This document shows, piece after piece, positions 9,227-18,767 of a stretch of 64,000 bases of DNA. Source of the stretch: Candidatus Omnitrophota bacterium (GTDB taxonomy: Bacteria; Omnitrophota; Gorgyraeia; Zapsychrales; Zapsychraceae). The notes under the pieces were generated by a model that was not told the DNA's origin, ran no database searches, and saw only the letters and a program-made list of their open reading frames with translations. Numbering within the stretch: position 1 is the stretch's first letter; every line of letters begins with the position of its first letter. The stretch is from positions 10,311-74,310 of the forward strand of contig JAIORP010000029.1 of the NCBI GenBank assembly GCA_021108075.1, written 5' to 3'. The translations under genes were made by a program, and so were the position numbers.

Positions 9227-10360
9227 ATGAAGATTATATCAGTTGCTAATCAAAAAGGGGGTTGTGGGAAAACAACATCAGCCATTAATTTAGCATCTGC
9301 GTTAGGTCAAAACGGAAAACGCGTTTTATTGGTCGATTTGGATCCGCAAGCCCACGCTTCTTTAGGACTCAACATTGAAAGTCAAGACAGCATGTATAAT
9401 GTTATATCAAAATTAACCCCTAGAAAACTGAAGATAACAGATATTATTCATCGCGTTGAGGATTGTTTTGACATTGTGCCCTCCAATATCCTGGTCGGAA
9501 CTTTGGAGCAGGAACTCGCTGATGAAATTGGCCGTGAGTTGAAATTAACCGAAATCATGAAGCCCATGCGGGAACTTTATGATTATATCCTTATTGACTG
9601 TCCTCCGAGTTTAGGCATTTTGACGGTCAATTCGATCCGCGTCAGCGATGAGATCATTATTCCTGTTGAAACATCCCGTTTCTCCATGCAGGGAGTTGAT
9701 CACATTATGGATATCGTGAAGTTAGTCCGTGACCGTTTGAACCATGCCGTTAAATGCCGTATTTTGATTACCATGTTTGATTCCCGTCTGCGTCATTCGT
9801 TTTCCATGCTGGATACCTTCAGGCAGAAGTTTAAAGATTTATTGTTCGACACGATCGTTCATACCAATGTTAAGTTGAAAGAATCCGCTGTGATGGGGCA
9901 AACTGTTTCTTGTTTTGACAAGTACTGCCGGGGCTCTAAAGACTATTACACATTGTCTAAAGAAATTATCAGCTTAGAGCGCCAGGAAAAAGAACAAGAA
10001 GCCCGTACGGTTTTCCGTTCATTGTCCTCTCGGATGCAAAAGATGATCGAGAAAGAAACACGACAGGTCATCAGAGACACAAAGTTTGCCATCAAAGCGC
10101 CCGGGGCAAAAGCCGTTTATGTGACCGGATCATTCAATGACTGGTCTTTGGATGATTCCTGCCGCCTGCGTGAAGCTTCAATGGGGCAATGGGAAATCGA
10201 TATTCCATTAAAAGCTGGCCAATACGAATATCAGTTTATCGTTGACGGAGTATGGAAAGAAGATCCCAGCAATCCGGCGCAGGAACGCAATGTGTATGGT
10301 GACAATAATTCTGTGATGGATGTTAAATCTGAAGCGCAGCCTGTCTTTGAGAGGTTATAA
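9227..10360 (+). CDS. ParA/Soj-family ATPase fused to a C-terminal CBM48 (AMPK-beta-like glycogen-binding) domain
   Basis: Deviant Walker A NQKGGCGKTT, DLDPQ and IDCPPSLG. C-terminal APGAKAVYVTGSFNDW...GQW...L-x-x-G-x-YEYQFIVDGVWKEDPSNP. Confidence 0.9.
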   Translation: MKIISVANQKGGCGKTTSAINLASALGQNGKRVLLVDLDPQAHASLGLNIESQDSMYNVISKLTPRKLKITDIIHRVEDCFDIVPSNILVGTLEQELADEIGRELKLTEIMKPMRELYDYILIDCPPSLGILTVNSIRVSDEIIIPVETSRFSMQGVDHIMDIVKLVRDRLNHAVKCRILITMFDSRLRHSFSMLDTFRQKFKDLLFDTIVHTNVKLKESAVMGQTVSCFDKYCRGSKDYYTLSKEIISLERQEKEQEARTVFRSLSSRMQKMIEKETRQVIRDTKFAIKAPGAKAVYVTGSFNDWSLDDSCRLREASMGQWEIDIPLKAGQYEYQFIVDGVWKEDPSNPAQERNVYGDNNSVMDVKSEAQPVFERL

Positions 10361-10567
10361 TCACTGATTTCATTGATTCAAATGGGGGATTTTATTTTTA
10401 TTGAGACGTGTTTTATTTTTCCCTTGTGCCCTGTCGAGTTCGTTGTCCTGTCATGCTTTCATGTCTAAATGCCGGGCCGTAGATTTCTTTGGGGATAAGT
10501 TTTCGCGATAGTAAGGCGTGAAATGAAATTATCTCAGTGAGATACAAAAATAATTTATTCAGTTATA

Positions 10568-11326
10568 ATGTCATTATTTGAAAAAATATTAAGCGGGCTG
10601 AAAAGCCTGGTTGATTTATTTCCTCGTAGAAAAAAGAAATACAATCGTAATATTCCAAAAGTCCGGCGCACACCGCCTGCCGATAGAAAGAAACCGCAAT
10701 CACGCTCGACAAGGGCTTTCGGCGCGAGACCAAAAAAGAAGCAGACCTCAGCACGATCAACAAAACGCAGACAAACGGGCTCTTCTGCGAAGGCCTCCGC
10801 AAGCAAGATTTCTCCCTCAAAAAAACAGACCGGAAAAAAAACGGAGCCTCGTTATGGAAAAGAGACAATTGTAAAGAAGGCATCCGGGACACCAAAGAAG
10901 GCGCTTGCGGAAACACCGAAAGCCACCCGCCGCAAAGATTCGAAATCTTCAGCGAAGACGCCAGGGAAACAGCGGCCGGGCTCCCGGCGCAAGGCCAGGC
11001 TGATGGAGCGATCGCCTTCAAAAAGGCGAACTCAGCCCAGAGGAAAAATTCAATCAGGAAAACTGAATTCGTTGGATGAGGAAAAATACATTGGAGCCAT
11101 CACCCATTATTTCTCCCGGATAAATGTCGTGGTCTTAAAAATGGAGAATGGCCCATTGCGTCTGGGAGATGATATACATATCAGGGGCAGGAAAACGAAC
11201 TTTAAGCAACCCGTCGAATCTTTACAAGTCGAAAGTTTTGATGTTAAAAAAGCCGAGAAAAATCAATTGGTTGGACTGAAAGTCCTCAAGCCGGTGACGG
11301 TCGGTGATCAGGTCTTTAAAATTTAA
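10568..11326 (+). CDS. Lys/Arg-rich low-complexity protein with C-terminal translation-factor-like beta-barrel (U32 peptidase C-terminal-like)
   Basis: About 170 aa of basic, disorder-like sequence, then IGAITHYFSRINV...LRLGDDIHIRG...VESLQV...VGLKV...VGDQVFKI. Confidence 0.65.
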   Translation: MSLFEKILSGLKSLVDLFPRRKKKYNRNIPKVRRTPPADRKKPQSRSTRAFGARPKKKQTSARSTKRRQTGSSAKASASKISPSKKQTGKKTEPRYGKETIVKKASGTPKKALAETPKATRRKDSKSSAKTPGKQRPGSRRKARLMERSPSKRRTQPRGKIQSGKLNSLDEEKYIGAITHYFSRINVVVLKMENGPLRLGDDIHIRGRKTNFKQPVESLQVESFDVKKAEKNQLVGLKVLKPVTVGDQVFKI

Positions 11327-11501
11327 TGGAGTGAATTCCTCGTAGCTCTGCTGCGAGGAGAAGCACTCCCGGCGGGAATTTTCCACCTTTATTTAAGGCG
11401 GGGATAAGAGTCCGCTCCAGCGGCTTTATCGCTGGACAACGTCTTGCGCCGGGAGCGCTTGAAGCAGAATGCCCCACGGGTGTGAACCCGCGGGATCTAT
11501 T
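11322..11501. repeat. cluster of REP/IS200-IS605-end-like hairpins including family B copy 2
   Basis: TTTAATGGAGTGAATTCCTCGTAGCTCTGCTGCGAGGAG, then further hairpins CCACCTT-TATTT-AAGGCGG, TCCAGCG-GCTTTAT-CGCTGGA and CCCACGGGT-GTGA-ACCCGCGGG. Confidence 0.65.
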
Positions 11502-11643
11502 GGATATGGGTGGAATGAATGATCGTGAGAAATTTTATGCCGACATTGTCATCGGCGCACTGGCCTGCTTTTTTAATTAAGGCCTGGCAAAAATATCAGG
11601 ACAGTTTAAACCATTAACGCAAAAATTAGGGAAAGAGGAGTAT

Positions 11644-12078
11644 ATGCCGAAAAAAAAGGAAGTAGGGGCAAAAGAAAAGAATCTCATGCGCCGGTATCTC
11701 ATCTGGTGCTACAAAACCACAAAAGAAGATCTCGACCGCATTGAACGCTATTTTACACAACGTGTTGTCGATGAACAGTTGTTAAAATGTTTACAAAAGG
11801 ATCCTGCGATCAAGAAAGGAGCAGATAAAGACCTCGTTAAGGCGGTTGATGATTTTCAACAGTACATGAATATTAAACTTGAAAAGGCGGTCAGGCAAAA
11901 GTTTGCAGACCAGGATCAGGCGGTTTTTCATCCAGAGTATCATTATTTGAAACTGCGGTTTGAGGCCATCGAGAAGACCGTTGTGCATTTTTTTGGTAAG
12001 GTCGAGTTGAGCCATATTGAGGCTTTATATGAAACGGAGATGACGCGCCGGATATTAGAGGCGCGGGAGCACACATAA
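11644..12078 (+). CDS. hypothetical helical protein
   Basis: 144-aa ORF with a strong GAGGAG RBS; no recognised family. Confidence 0.7.
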   Translation: MPKKKEVGAKEKNLMRRYLIWCYKTTKEDLDRIERYFTQRVVDEQLLKCLQKDPAIKKGADKDLVKAVDDFQQYMNIKLEKAVRQKFADQDQAVFHPEYHYLKLRFEAIEKTVVHFFGKVELSHIEALYETEMTRRILEAREHT

Positions 12079-12205
12079 TGAACTGTGCGCGTCGCCGTTC
12101 TCATTATTCTATGACCAACAGGCATGCTAAACGTTTATTTCTTATTGATAGGAACATTGTGTGGGCGGGGTTTGGATTGCTGTGGTTGCCTCAGGGAGAC
12201 AAATA

Positions 12206-12490
12206 TTATTTGCGACGCATATAACGGTAGTCTTTCATGCGTTGTTTTTGACGCTCCATATAATCTTTATATTGTTCACGGACTTCACGCATGCGGTCCT
12301 CTTGTGTTTTTTGGGTGAGGGCTTGCTTTTCTTCGTTATCTTTGACGGCTTTTTCCTTAGGGGGTTCTTCGATCGAAGTCTCAGGTTTAAGGAGCCCAAA
12401 GCTCAAACCAATGGAATGCATCGCGCCTAAAAACATGACGCCACTATAAAGGACAGCCGCTATTATAATTGCTCCAAACCAGCTTTTCAT
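12206..12490 (-). CDS. small membrane-anchored coiled-coil hypothetical protein
   Basis: N-terminal hydrophobic segment and a charged helical C-terminus; AT-rich upstream region. Confidence 0.55.
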   Translation of the reverse strand: MKSWFGAIIIAAVLYSGVMFLGAMHSIGLSFGLLKPETSIEEPPKEKAVKDNEEKQALTQKTQEDRMREVREQYKDYMERQKQRMKDYRYMRRK

Positions 12491-12777
12491 ACTATAATTA
12501 TATAATATTTTAAAATATCAATCAATGTTTGTAAGGGTTTAATCTGGCAACTTAAATACCATTTAATGGATTTTCATTTTATGGTGCATGCGTCCTATTA
12601 AAAGACAAAAGATATCGGCAACACATTAAGCCTTTTCCATACAGAGGAACATTATTTTAAGACAATTACAGTGAATATGCAATATCAGATGTAAATTTTC
12701 GTAAAATATTGATGTTTTGGTCAAATGATTGATATAATAACAAACAATTTAGGGGTTCATGAAAAAGGGGAGAAGCA

Positions 12778-13218
12778 ATGGAAAAAAAATCAAAAAAGAA
12801 AACAGAGCAAGAACCAAAACAATTTGATTTAAGCAAAGAGTGGGAGATGACAAAGAAACACTTGCGTGTTTTTAGCAAGGAAGCGGTTGAACTTGCCAAG
12901 AAAGGAGAAAAAGAGCTGATTAAATTTTCCAAGATTGGAAAATTGCATGTTGATAATACAGCGGTATCCATTAAGAAAGAAAAATTGTATTATCAGATCG
13001 GTAAAGAATACGTGAAGTCTAAAGGAGAACCGCAGAAGAACGAAGAGTTAAAGAAACTTGTCGACGCCTTAAAGAATTTAGATAAAGAGCAAACCGTCAT
13101 CAAATCCAGAATTAAAAAGGGTCAACCAGAAAGTCCCGCTCCGGACAAAAAAACGTCCACCAAGAAAAAGACAATCAAAAAGAAAACGGTCAAGAAAAAA
13201 GTGGTTGATAGTGAATAA
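12778..13218 (+). CDS. hypothetical helical protein with Lys-rich histone-like tail
   Basis: RBS GGGGAG, coiled-coil core (LYYQIGKEY) and tail KKTSTKKKTIKKKTVKKK. Confidence 0.7.
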   Translation: MEKKSKKKTEQEPKQFDLSKEWEMTKKHLRVFSKEAVELAKKGEKELIKFSKIGKLHVDNTAVSIKKEKLYYQIGKEYVKSKGEPQKNEELKKLVDALKNLDKEQTVIKSRIKKGQPESPAPDKKTSTKKKTIKKKTVKKKVVDSE

Positions 13219-13249
13219 TTGGGTGGCTATTTTTAGATATGAATATGAT

Positions 13250-13291
13250 ACAGGTGTTAGCAGCGTATGTTTGTCTAACACCTGTTTTTTT
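13250..13291 (+). terminator. rho-independent terminator
   Basis: ACAGGTGTTAG / CTAACACCTGT stem followed by a T run. Confidence 0.75.
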
Positions 13292-13355
13292 GTCCGTCAG
13301 ATATCTCTTTGTCAGATGCTGTCAGGTTGAAAGCGGATGTATTCGGTAGAAAAAA

Positions 13356-14108
13356 ATGGATAATTATTTTATTAACAATCCGATATTTTTAAAATATAAG
13401 AAGACCTTTAACTTTTCGAAATTCCGCAGGGAAAAATGTTTGAAGTCGGTTTTCGTTAATGAAAGGATCGTTGAACTGCCATTTGTGTTGCAGGCGCTGA
13501 GCGCTTTGCCGCAAAGGAGTTGTGTCCTTGATGTCGGCTGCAACGAGAGTCCGCTGGCTTTACAATTGGCCTGTTTGGGGTATCGGGTGACAGGATATGA
13601 TTTCCGCGGCTACCCGTATAAACACCCTAACTTGGATGCTTTGAAGGGTGATATATTGAACATGCCGTTTCAAGATGATTATTATGATGCGGTAACCGCC
13701 GTTTCCACGGTCGAACATCTTGGTCTGGGTTTTTATGATGACCCCCTGATGGCTGAAGAGTCTGACCGACGGGCCATTCAGGAAATAAAACGGGTCCTAA
13801 AGAAAGATGGCTTATTGCTTCTCACTGTTCCTTATGGCCGGAAGTCGATCAGTGAACAGCAACGCATCTACAACCAGGGCAGTTTGCGATGCTTATTGCA
13901 AGATTTTGAAGTTGAGGTTATATCTTTTTTTAAGAATGTCTTTGTCGATCCTGAAAAGTTGAACACCTGGGTGCAAACGTCCCAGTCGGATATCAGTCAA
14001 GTCGCTTCTGCTCAGACGACCAATGGTGTTTGCCTGGTTAAGGCGAGAAATAAAAAGAAAAAAGGCAAAATGGAAGCAGGGAATAAGTTTGGACGAGGAC
14101 ATGATTAA
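13356..14108 (+). CDS. class I SAM-dependent methyltransferase (DUF268-like)
   Basis: VLDVGC motif I, STVEHLGLG and RVLKKDG. Confidence 0.85.
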   Translation: MDNYFINNPIFLKYKKTFNFSKFRREKCLKSVFVNERIVELPFVLQALSALPQRSCVLDVGCNESPLALQLACLGYRVTGYDFRGYPYKHPNLDALKGDILNMPFQDDYYDAVTAVSTVEHLGLGFYDDPLMAEESDRRAIQEIKRVLKKDGLLLLTVPYGRKSISEQQRIYNQGSLRCLLQDFEVEVISFFKNVFVDPEKLNTWVQTSQSDISQVASAQTTNGVCLVKARNKKKKGKMEAGNKFGRGHD

Positions 14109-14303
14109 GAATCGCGGATCAACACACCTGCTGACTCAGCCAGGGATATAGACTTGATGTGCACGGATGCGTTGGTAAGAAAAGGAAAAGAGTTGTTGAT
14201 CGATAGCGGAGTTAACACATAAAACCGAGGGATCAAAGATTGGTCGAGAGGGTGTGTATCGCGATAATTTGTACTCTTTGATGAAGAAAAAGTCGAAAGG
14301 AAT

Positions 14304-16040
14304 ATGCGGATATCCATGAAGAAAGACGGACTCACACGCTGGCTTGATTTCATTCTGCTCAGCTGTGTGATTGTATTTATAACCTGGCAGCCGTTTTATT
14401 TGCACGGTACGCTTAATACGTTTGAGCATGGACTGTATTTGCCAGGGATTCAGGGGATCCTTGATGGGAAAATGCCTTATCGGGATTTTATGTATTTGCG
14501 TGGACCATTTGAATTGTATGTGCCCGCATTCATGATGATGGTTGCCGGTCGAAATGTTGCCGTCCTAGCGACTTATTTTTATGCCGGTACCGTCTTAACA
14601 TTATTAATGTGCCTTTTGATTGCCAGAGAGGTTCTCGATAGGCGCTGGTTGTTGGCGCTCTTTGTTTTTGTCCTCACCGCGCGCACTTTTCCGCGCGTGG
14701 TTTTTACGTATTGGGGTGGGTTGCGCTACGTCTGGGGGCTGTTATCCGTCTGGTTCTTGATAAAATTTTTTAAAAGTTATAAGAAATCATGGTTGTTTTT
14801 CTGTGGGATAACGACGGCGATTGCGTTCTGGACAAGTATCGAAATGGGCTTTTGCTCAGGCATGATGGCGGGGCTGAGCTTGGTGATCATCGCCGGTCTA
14901 TCCAGGTTAAAGGAATCGGATCATAAACCGAAGATACCGCTGATCTCTGGGTTCGTTGTTTTTGGAGGAGCCGTTTTGGTGCTCAGTGTGCCCTACGCGA
15001 TATATTTAATGGCCAACGGGGCTTTGATACCTTTTATCGATAATGTGCTGACCATTGTCACACGCCTAAACCAAACCTTTCCACAAACGGATCTTGTTCC
15101 ATTGAACCTCGGTGATGTGCTGCTTGGGATGCTAAGCCCTGCCAGTAAGAATTTTCGTCATTTAACGCCTATCTACACCTATCTGATCATGGCGGGTTAT
15201 CTGTACATCCGGGCGCGTTTGCGGCGTTGGCAAACACAGGATTCCTGCGTGCTGGTAATTTGGATCTATGGGGCCTTGCTCTATGCGACGTCTTTTCGTA
15301 ATCTTTGGGCTTCCCAGTTTGAGATGGCCTTGCAACCAGAGAAAATTTTGTTGTTCTGTTTGATTCACCTTTTAATTGACTTTTTGTTGCGCTGTCGCGA
15401 CGATTTGAGAACGAATTTGCAACCGGAACAGGTCAGCCGGCTTAATTGGTGGAAAAAGCGTTTGGGCCTAGGGCTGATTTATTTTTACCTTGTCAGTGTC
15501 ATTATGTCTTCAATCATTTACCCTTTTGTGCGTTTTTCCAGGCGATTTACCAGCATTAAATATGTTTTTTGCCTGCTGAAGGGGGAAGATCCCGCGCAAT
15601 TGTCTCCGCTCAGGGATCAACAGCAGAAGAAATTAGCCATTCCCCCTCTAAAGGGGCTGACTGTTCCTGCCTGGCAGGCGGATGATTTTTATGAAATCTA
15701 TGACTTTGTCCAAAAAAATGTGCCGGTTGATGAGCCCGTATTGTTTTATCCGGAGATGGCCGCTTACTATTTTATTGTTGACCGACCTTATTTAAGCCGT
15801 TTTCCCATGGGGACTTTTCCCTGGTTTAATGAGCGTTGGTACGGGGACTTTAAATGCGCCCTCATTGGGCAAAAACCACGTTACGCTATCTTCCCCAAGG
15901 AGTTACCGGATTATTTTGACAAGCAACATTTTACTGTCGAAGCCAATCGGGTCAAATATAGCGAAACGATGGATTTTATCAGGACAAATTATAAACCGAT
16001 TAAGAAGACACATTCATTTGTTATTTGGGAGAATATATAG
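14304..16040 (+). CDS. polytopic membrane protein, GT-C glycosyltransferase-like
   Basis: Many TM helices, first-loop acidic motif FEHG then GKMPYRDF...GP, and a soluble C-terminal domain. Confidence 0.6.
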   Translation: MRISMKKDGLTRWLDFILLSCVIVFITWQPFYLHGTLNTFEHGLYLPGIQGILDGKMPYRDFMYLRGPFELYVPAFMMMVAGRNVAVLATYFYAGTVLTLLMCLLIAREVLDRRWLLALFVFVLTARTFPRVVFTYWGGLRYVWGLLSVWFLIKFFKSYKKSWLFFCGITTAIAFWTSIEMGFCSGMMAGLSLVIIAGLSRLKESDHKPKIPLISGFVVFGGAVLVLSVPYAIYLMANGALIPFIDNVLTIVTRLNQTFPQTDLVPLNLGDVLLGMLSPASKNFRHLTPIYTYLIMAGYLYIRARLRRWQTQDSCVLVIWIYGALLYATSFRNLWASQFEMALQPEKILLFCLIHLLIDFLLRCRDDLRTNLQPEQVSRLNWWKKRLGLGLIYFYLVSVIMSSIIYPFVRFSRRFTSIKYVFCLLKGEDPAQLSPLRDQQQKKLAIPPLKGLTVPAWQADDFYEIYDFVQKNVPVDEPVLFYPEMAAYYFIVDRPYLSRFPMGTFPWFNERWYGDFKCALIGQKPRYAIFPKELPDYFDKQHFTVEANRVKYSETMDFIRTNYKPIKKTHSFVIWENI

Positions 16041-16145
16041 TATTATTGTATTTCATTTGTCAATGAATGATGTCCGTTTACATCTGTGAGTCATAAAATA
16101 GTAGTATACTTATAAATTATAATAACCTCGACTGCGATTTAACCC

Positions 16146-16174
16146 TTGACTATCAGATAGGGCGATAGTATAAT
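16146..16174 (+). promoter_or_regulatory. sigma-70 promoter of rpsO-pnp
   Basis: TTGACT-N17-TATAAT. Confidence 0.75.
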
Positions 16175-16267
16175 ACCGCACTTGTGTATTTATTGTTTTT
16201 TAAATTCGAAAAAAGTTCGAGAAATTTTTTAATATTTGATTTTTAACATGTTTAAGGAGGTAGGAAA

Positions 16268-16537
16268 TTGGTTTTACTGAAGAATGAAAAAACAGCTATC
16301 ATTGATGATTTTAAGGTTCATGCTAAGGATACGGGGTCCCCTGAAGTACAGGCTGCATTGTTGACGAAAAAGATTGAGTATTTAGCCGGACACTTAAAAG
16401 CCCACAAAAAAGACTTCCATTCACGTCGGGGTCTCTTGAAAATGATTGGGAAAAGACGTCGCCTTCTCGATTATTTGAAGAAAAAGGATGCGCAAAAATA
16501 TCAAGATACGATTGCACGGTTGAAGTTACGCAAATAA
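16268..16537 (+). CDS. rpsO: 30S ribosomal protein S15
   Basis: [30 protein letters not shown]; TTG start after AAGGAGGT. Confidence 0.97.
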   Translation: MVLLKNEKTAIIDDFKVHAKDTGSPEVQAALLTKKIEYLAGHLKAHKKDFHSRRGLLKMIGKRRRLLDYLKKKDAQKYQDTIARLKLRK

Positions 16538-16616
16538 TTTAAAAGAATTAAGAAACCGCAAAAGCCTGTCGTCAATCAGATGGTGAGAGTGCATAGTGTA
16601 GGTTTAAGGAGGTAGT

Positions 16617-18767
16617 ATGAATATCGGAAAAATGAGTATTCCCTATGGGGATCAAACATTAACGATTGAGACAGGAAAATTAGCCAAGCAGGCCAATGCG
16701 GCCGTTACAGTTTCGCTTGGGGGTACAGTTGTTCTCGTGACAGCTTGTATGGCTAAGAAACCGCGAGAAAATATAGATTTTTTCCCTTTAATGGTTGAAT
16801 ATCAAGAGAAAACGTATTCATCCGGGCGAATCCCCGGAGGGTTTTTTAAACGTGAAGGACGCCCAACTCAAAAAGAAATTTTAACATCCCGTCTGATCGA
16901 CCGTCCCATCCGCCCACTTTTTCCTGAGGGATGCTTTAACGACGTCCAGGTTGTCGCGACGGTCTTAAGTAGTGACGGTGAATATGACTCAGATATCCTT
17001 GCCATTATTGGCGCGTCATGCGCTTTGACGATTTCGAATATTCCTTTTGATGGTCCGATCGGAGCTGTTCGTTTGGGTCTGATCGGTGAGGAATTTGTTT
17101 TAAACCCTACTTTTGAGCAACGCGCTGAAAGTTCTATGGAGCTTATCGTCGTTGGTCACTCTGATGGGATTGTCATGATTGAAGGCGAGGCAGATCAGGT
17201 TCCGGAAGCCAAGGTCGCTGAGGCCCTGCAACAAAGTTTTGAACAACTACAATCGATTCGTGAAGCACAATCTAAATTCCGCCAGGAAGTGGGGCAAGAG
17301 AAATCGGACGTTGAGTTGTTTAATCCTCATCCGGATTTAAAAGGAAAAGTTGCTGAAATGTGCCAAGGCCGTTTGGCAGAAATATATCAGATTGCAGATA
17401 AAGGTCAACGGGAAGAAGGTTTATCTCTGTTGTTATCTGAAATCGTTTCAGATATGAGTGTTTTTGAAGCCTATACCGTGAAAGAGCGGGAAGTGAGCGC
17501 CGGTACGATTAAAAAGCTGTTTGACCAGATTGAATATGAAGAAGTCCGTCGTTTGATTTTTGAAGACGGCAAGCGGGCTGACGGGCGAGGTCTGGATGTT
17601 GTCCGTGATATATCTTGCGACGTCGAGGTCTTACCACGCACACACGGCTCAGCATTATTTACGCGGGGTCAAACACAAAGTTTAGCTGTCGTTACGTTAG
17701 GCACTAAGAAAGACGAGCAGCTTATAGAGGCGTTGGATGGGGTGACTTACAATAATTTTATGCTGCATTATAATTTCCCTTCTTTTAGTGTTGGTGAAAC
17801 CCGTCCGATGCGCGGACCAGGCCGTCGTGAAATAGGCCACGGCGCGTTAGCGGCCAAGGCTTTAAAGGCGATCCTCCCCGGGCGCGAAAAATTTCCTTAT
17901 ACGATTCGTATCGTTTCAGAAATTTTAGAATCCAATGGATCATCAAGTATGGCCAGCGTCTGTGCCGGTTGTTTGAGCTTGATGGACGCCGGGGTTCCCA
18001 TTTCAGCTCCTGTTGCCGGTATCTCTGTCGGAATTGTTACCAAAGAAGATGATTACCGTCTCCTTACAGATATTATGGGGCTAGAAGATCATTTCGGGGA
18101 TATGGACTTTAAAGTGGCGGGCACGCGTCAAGGCGTGACAGCCATCCAGCTAGATCTTAAAGTCAAAGGACTTTCTGTTGAGATCCTTATGAAAGGCATG
18201 GAGCAATCCAAGATTGCCCGAGATTTGATCCTCGATAAAATGCAAGCAACCATTGCTGTTCCAAAGGATGATATTTCTTTGTACGCTCCGCGTATTATCA
18301 CCACGCAAGTTCCAGTTGAGAAAATCGGTGAAGTGATAGGTCCGGGTGGCAAGGTCATCAAGAAAATTATTGAAGAGACCGGGGTGGAATCCATCGACAT
18401 TGAAGATGATGGCCGTGTCTTAATCGCGTCCTTAAATAAGGAATCTGCGATGAAGGCCCTGGCATACGTCAATGGGTTGGTGGAACTGCCGGTCGTTGGG
18501 AAGATTTACGATGCCGAGGTTGCCAAAGTTGCTAATTTCGGGGCATTCTGCGAATTTTTACCAGGAAGGCAGGGACTTGTACATGTTTCTGAATTTTCAT
18601 CCACCTTTATTAAAGATTTATCAAAGGTTGTGAAAGTGGGAGATAAATTTAAAGTCAAATTGGTTGAAATTGATGCCCAAAAACGGATGAACTTGAGCAA
18701 GAAACAAGCGGAAGCTAAGCCCGAAGGGGAGCAAGACACGCAAAAAGATCAAGAAGACGTTAAATAA
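16617..18767 (+). CDS. pnp: polyribonucleotide nucleotidyltransferase
   Basis: DFFPL, RIPGGFFKREGRP, ESNGSSSMAS, GDMDFKVAGT, plus KH and S1 domains. Confidence 0.97.
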   Translation: MNIGKMSIPYGDQTLTIETGKLAKQANAAVTVSLGGTVVLVTACMAKKPRENIDFFPLMVEYQEKTYSSGRIPGGFFKREGRPTQKEILTSRLIDRPIRPLFPEGCFNDVQVVATVLSSDGEYDSDILAIIGASCALTISNIPFDGPIGAVRLGLIGEEFVLNPTFEQRAESSMELIVVGHSDGIVMIEGEADQVPEAKVAEALQQSFEQLQSIREAQSKFRQEVGQEKSDVELFNPHPDLKGKVAEMCQGRLAEIYQIADKGQREEGLSLLLSEIVSDMSVFEAYTVKEREVSAGTIKKLFDQIEYEEVRRLIFEDGKRADGRGLDVVRDISCDVEVLPRTHGSALFTRGQTQSLAVVTLGTKKDEQLIEALDGVTYNNFMLHYNFPSFSVGETRPMRGPGRREIGHGALAAKALKAILPGREKFPYTIRIVSEILESNGSSSMASVCAGCLSLMDAGVPISAPVAGISVGIVTKEDDYRLLTDIMGLEDHFGDMDFKVAGTRQGVTAIQLDLKVKGLSVEILMKGMEQSKIARDLILDKMQATIAVPKDDISLYAPRIITTQVPVEKIGEVIGPGGKVIKKIIEETGVESIDIEDDGRVLIASLNKESAMKALAYVNGLVELPVVGKIYDAEVAKVANFGAFCEFLPGRQGLVHVSEFSSTFIKDLSKVVKVGDKFKVKLVEIDAQKRMNLSKKQAEAKPEGEQDTQKDQEDVK

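Noticed and set aside
10555-11021. Antisense ORFs over the Lys/Arg-rich gene
   Set aside because: They look like shadows of a low-complexity coding strand; the + frame has a recognisable domain.
12556-12572. ATACCATTTAATGGATT as a sixth family A copy
   Set aside because: Too short and AT-rich, and it lacks the internal conserved block.
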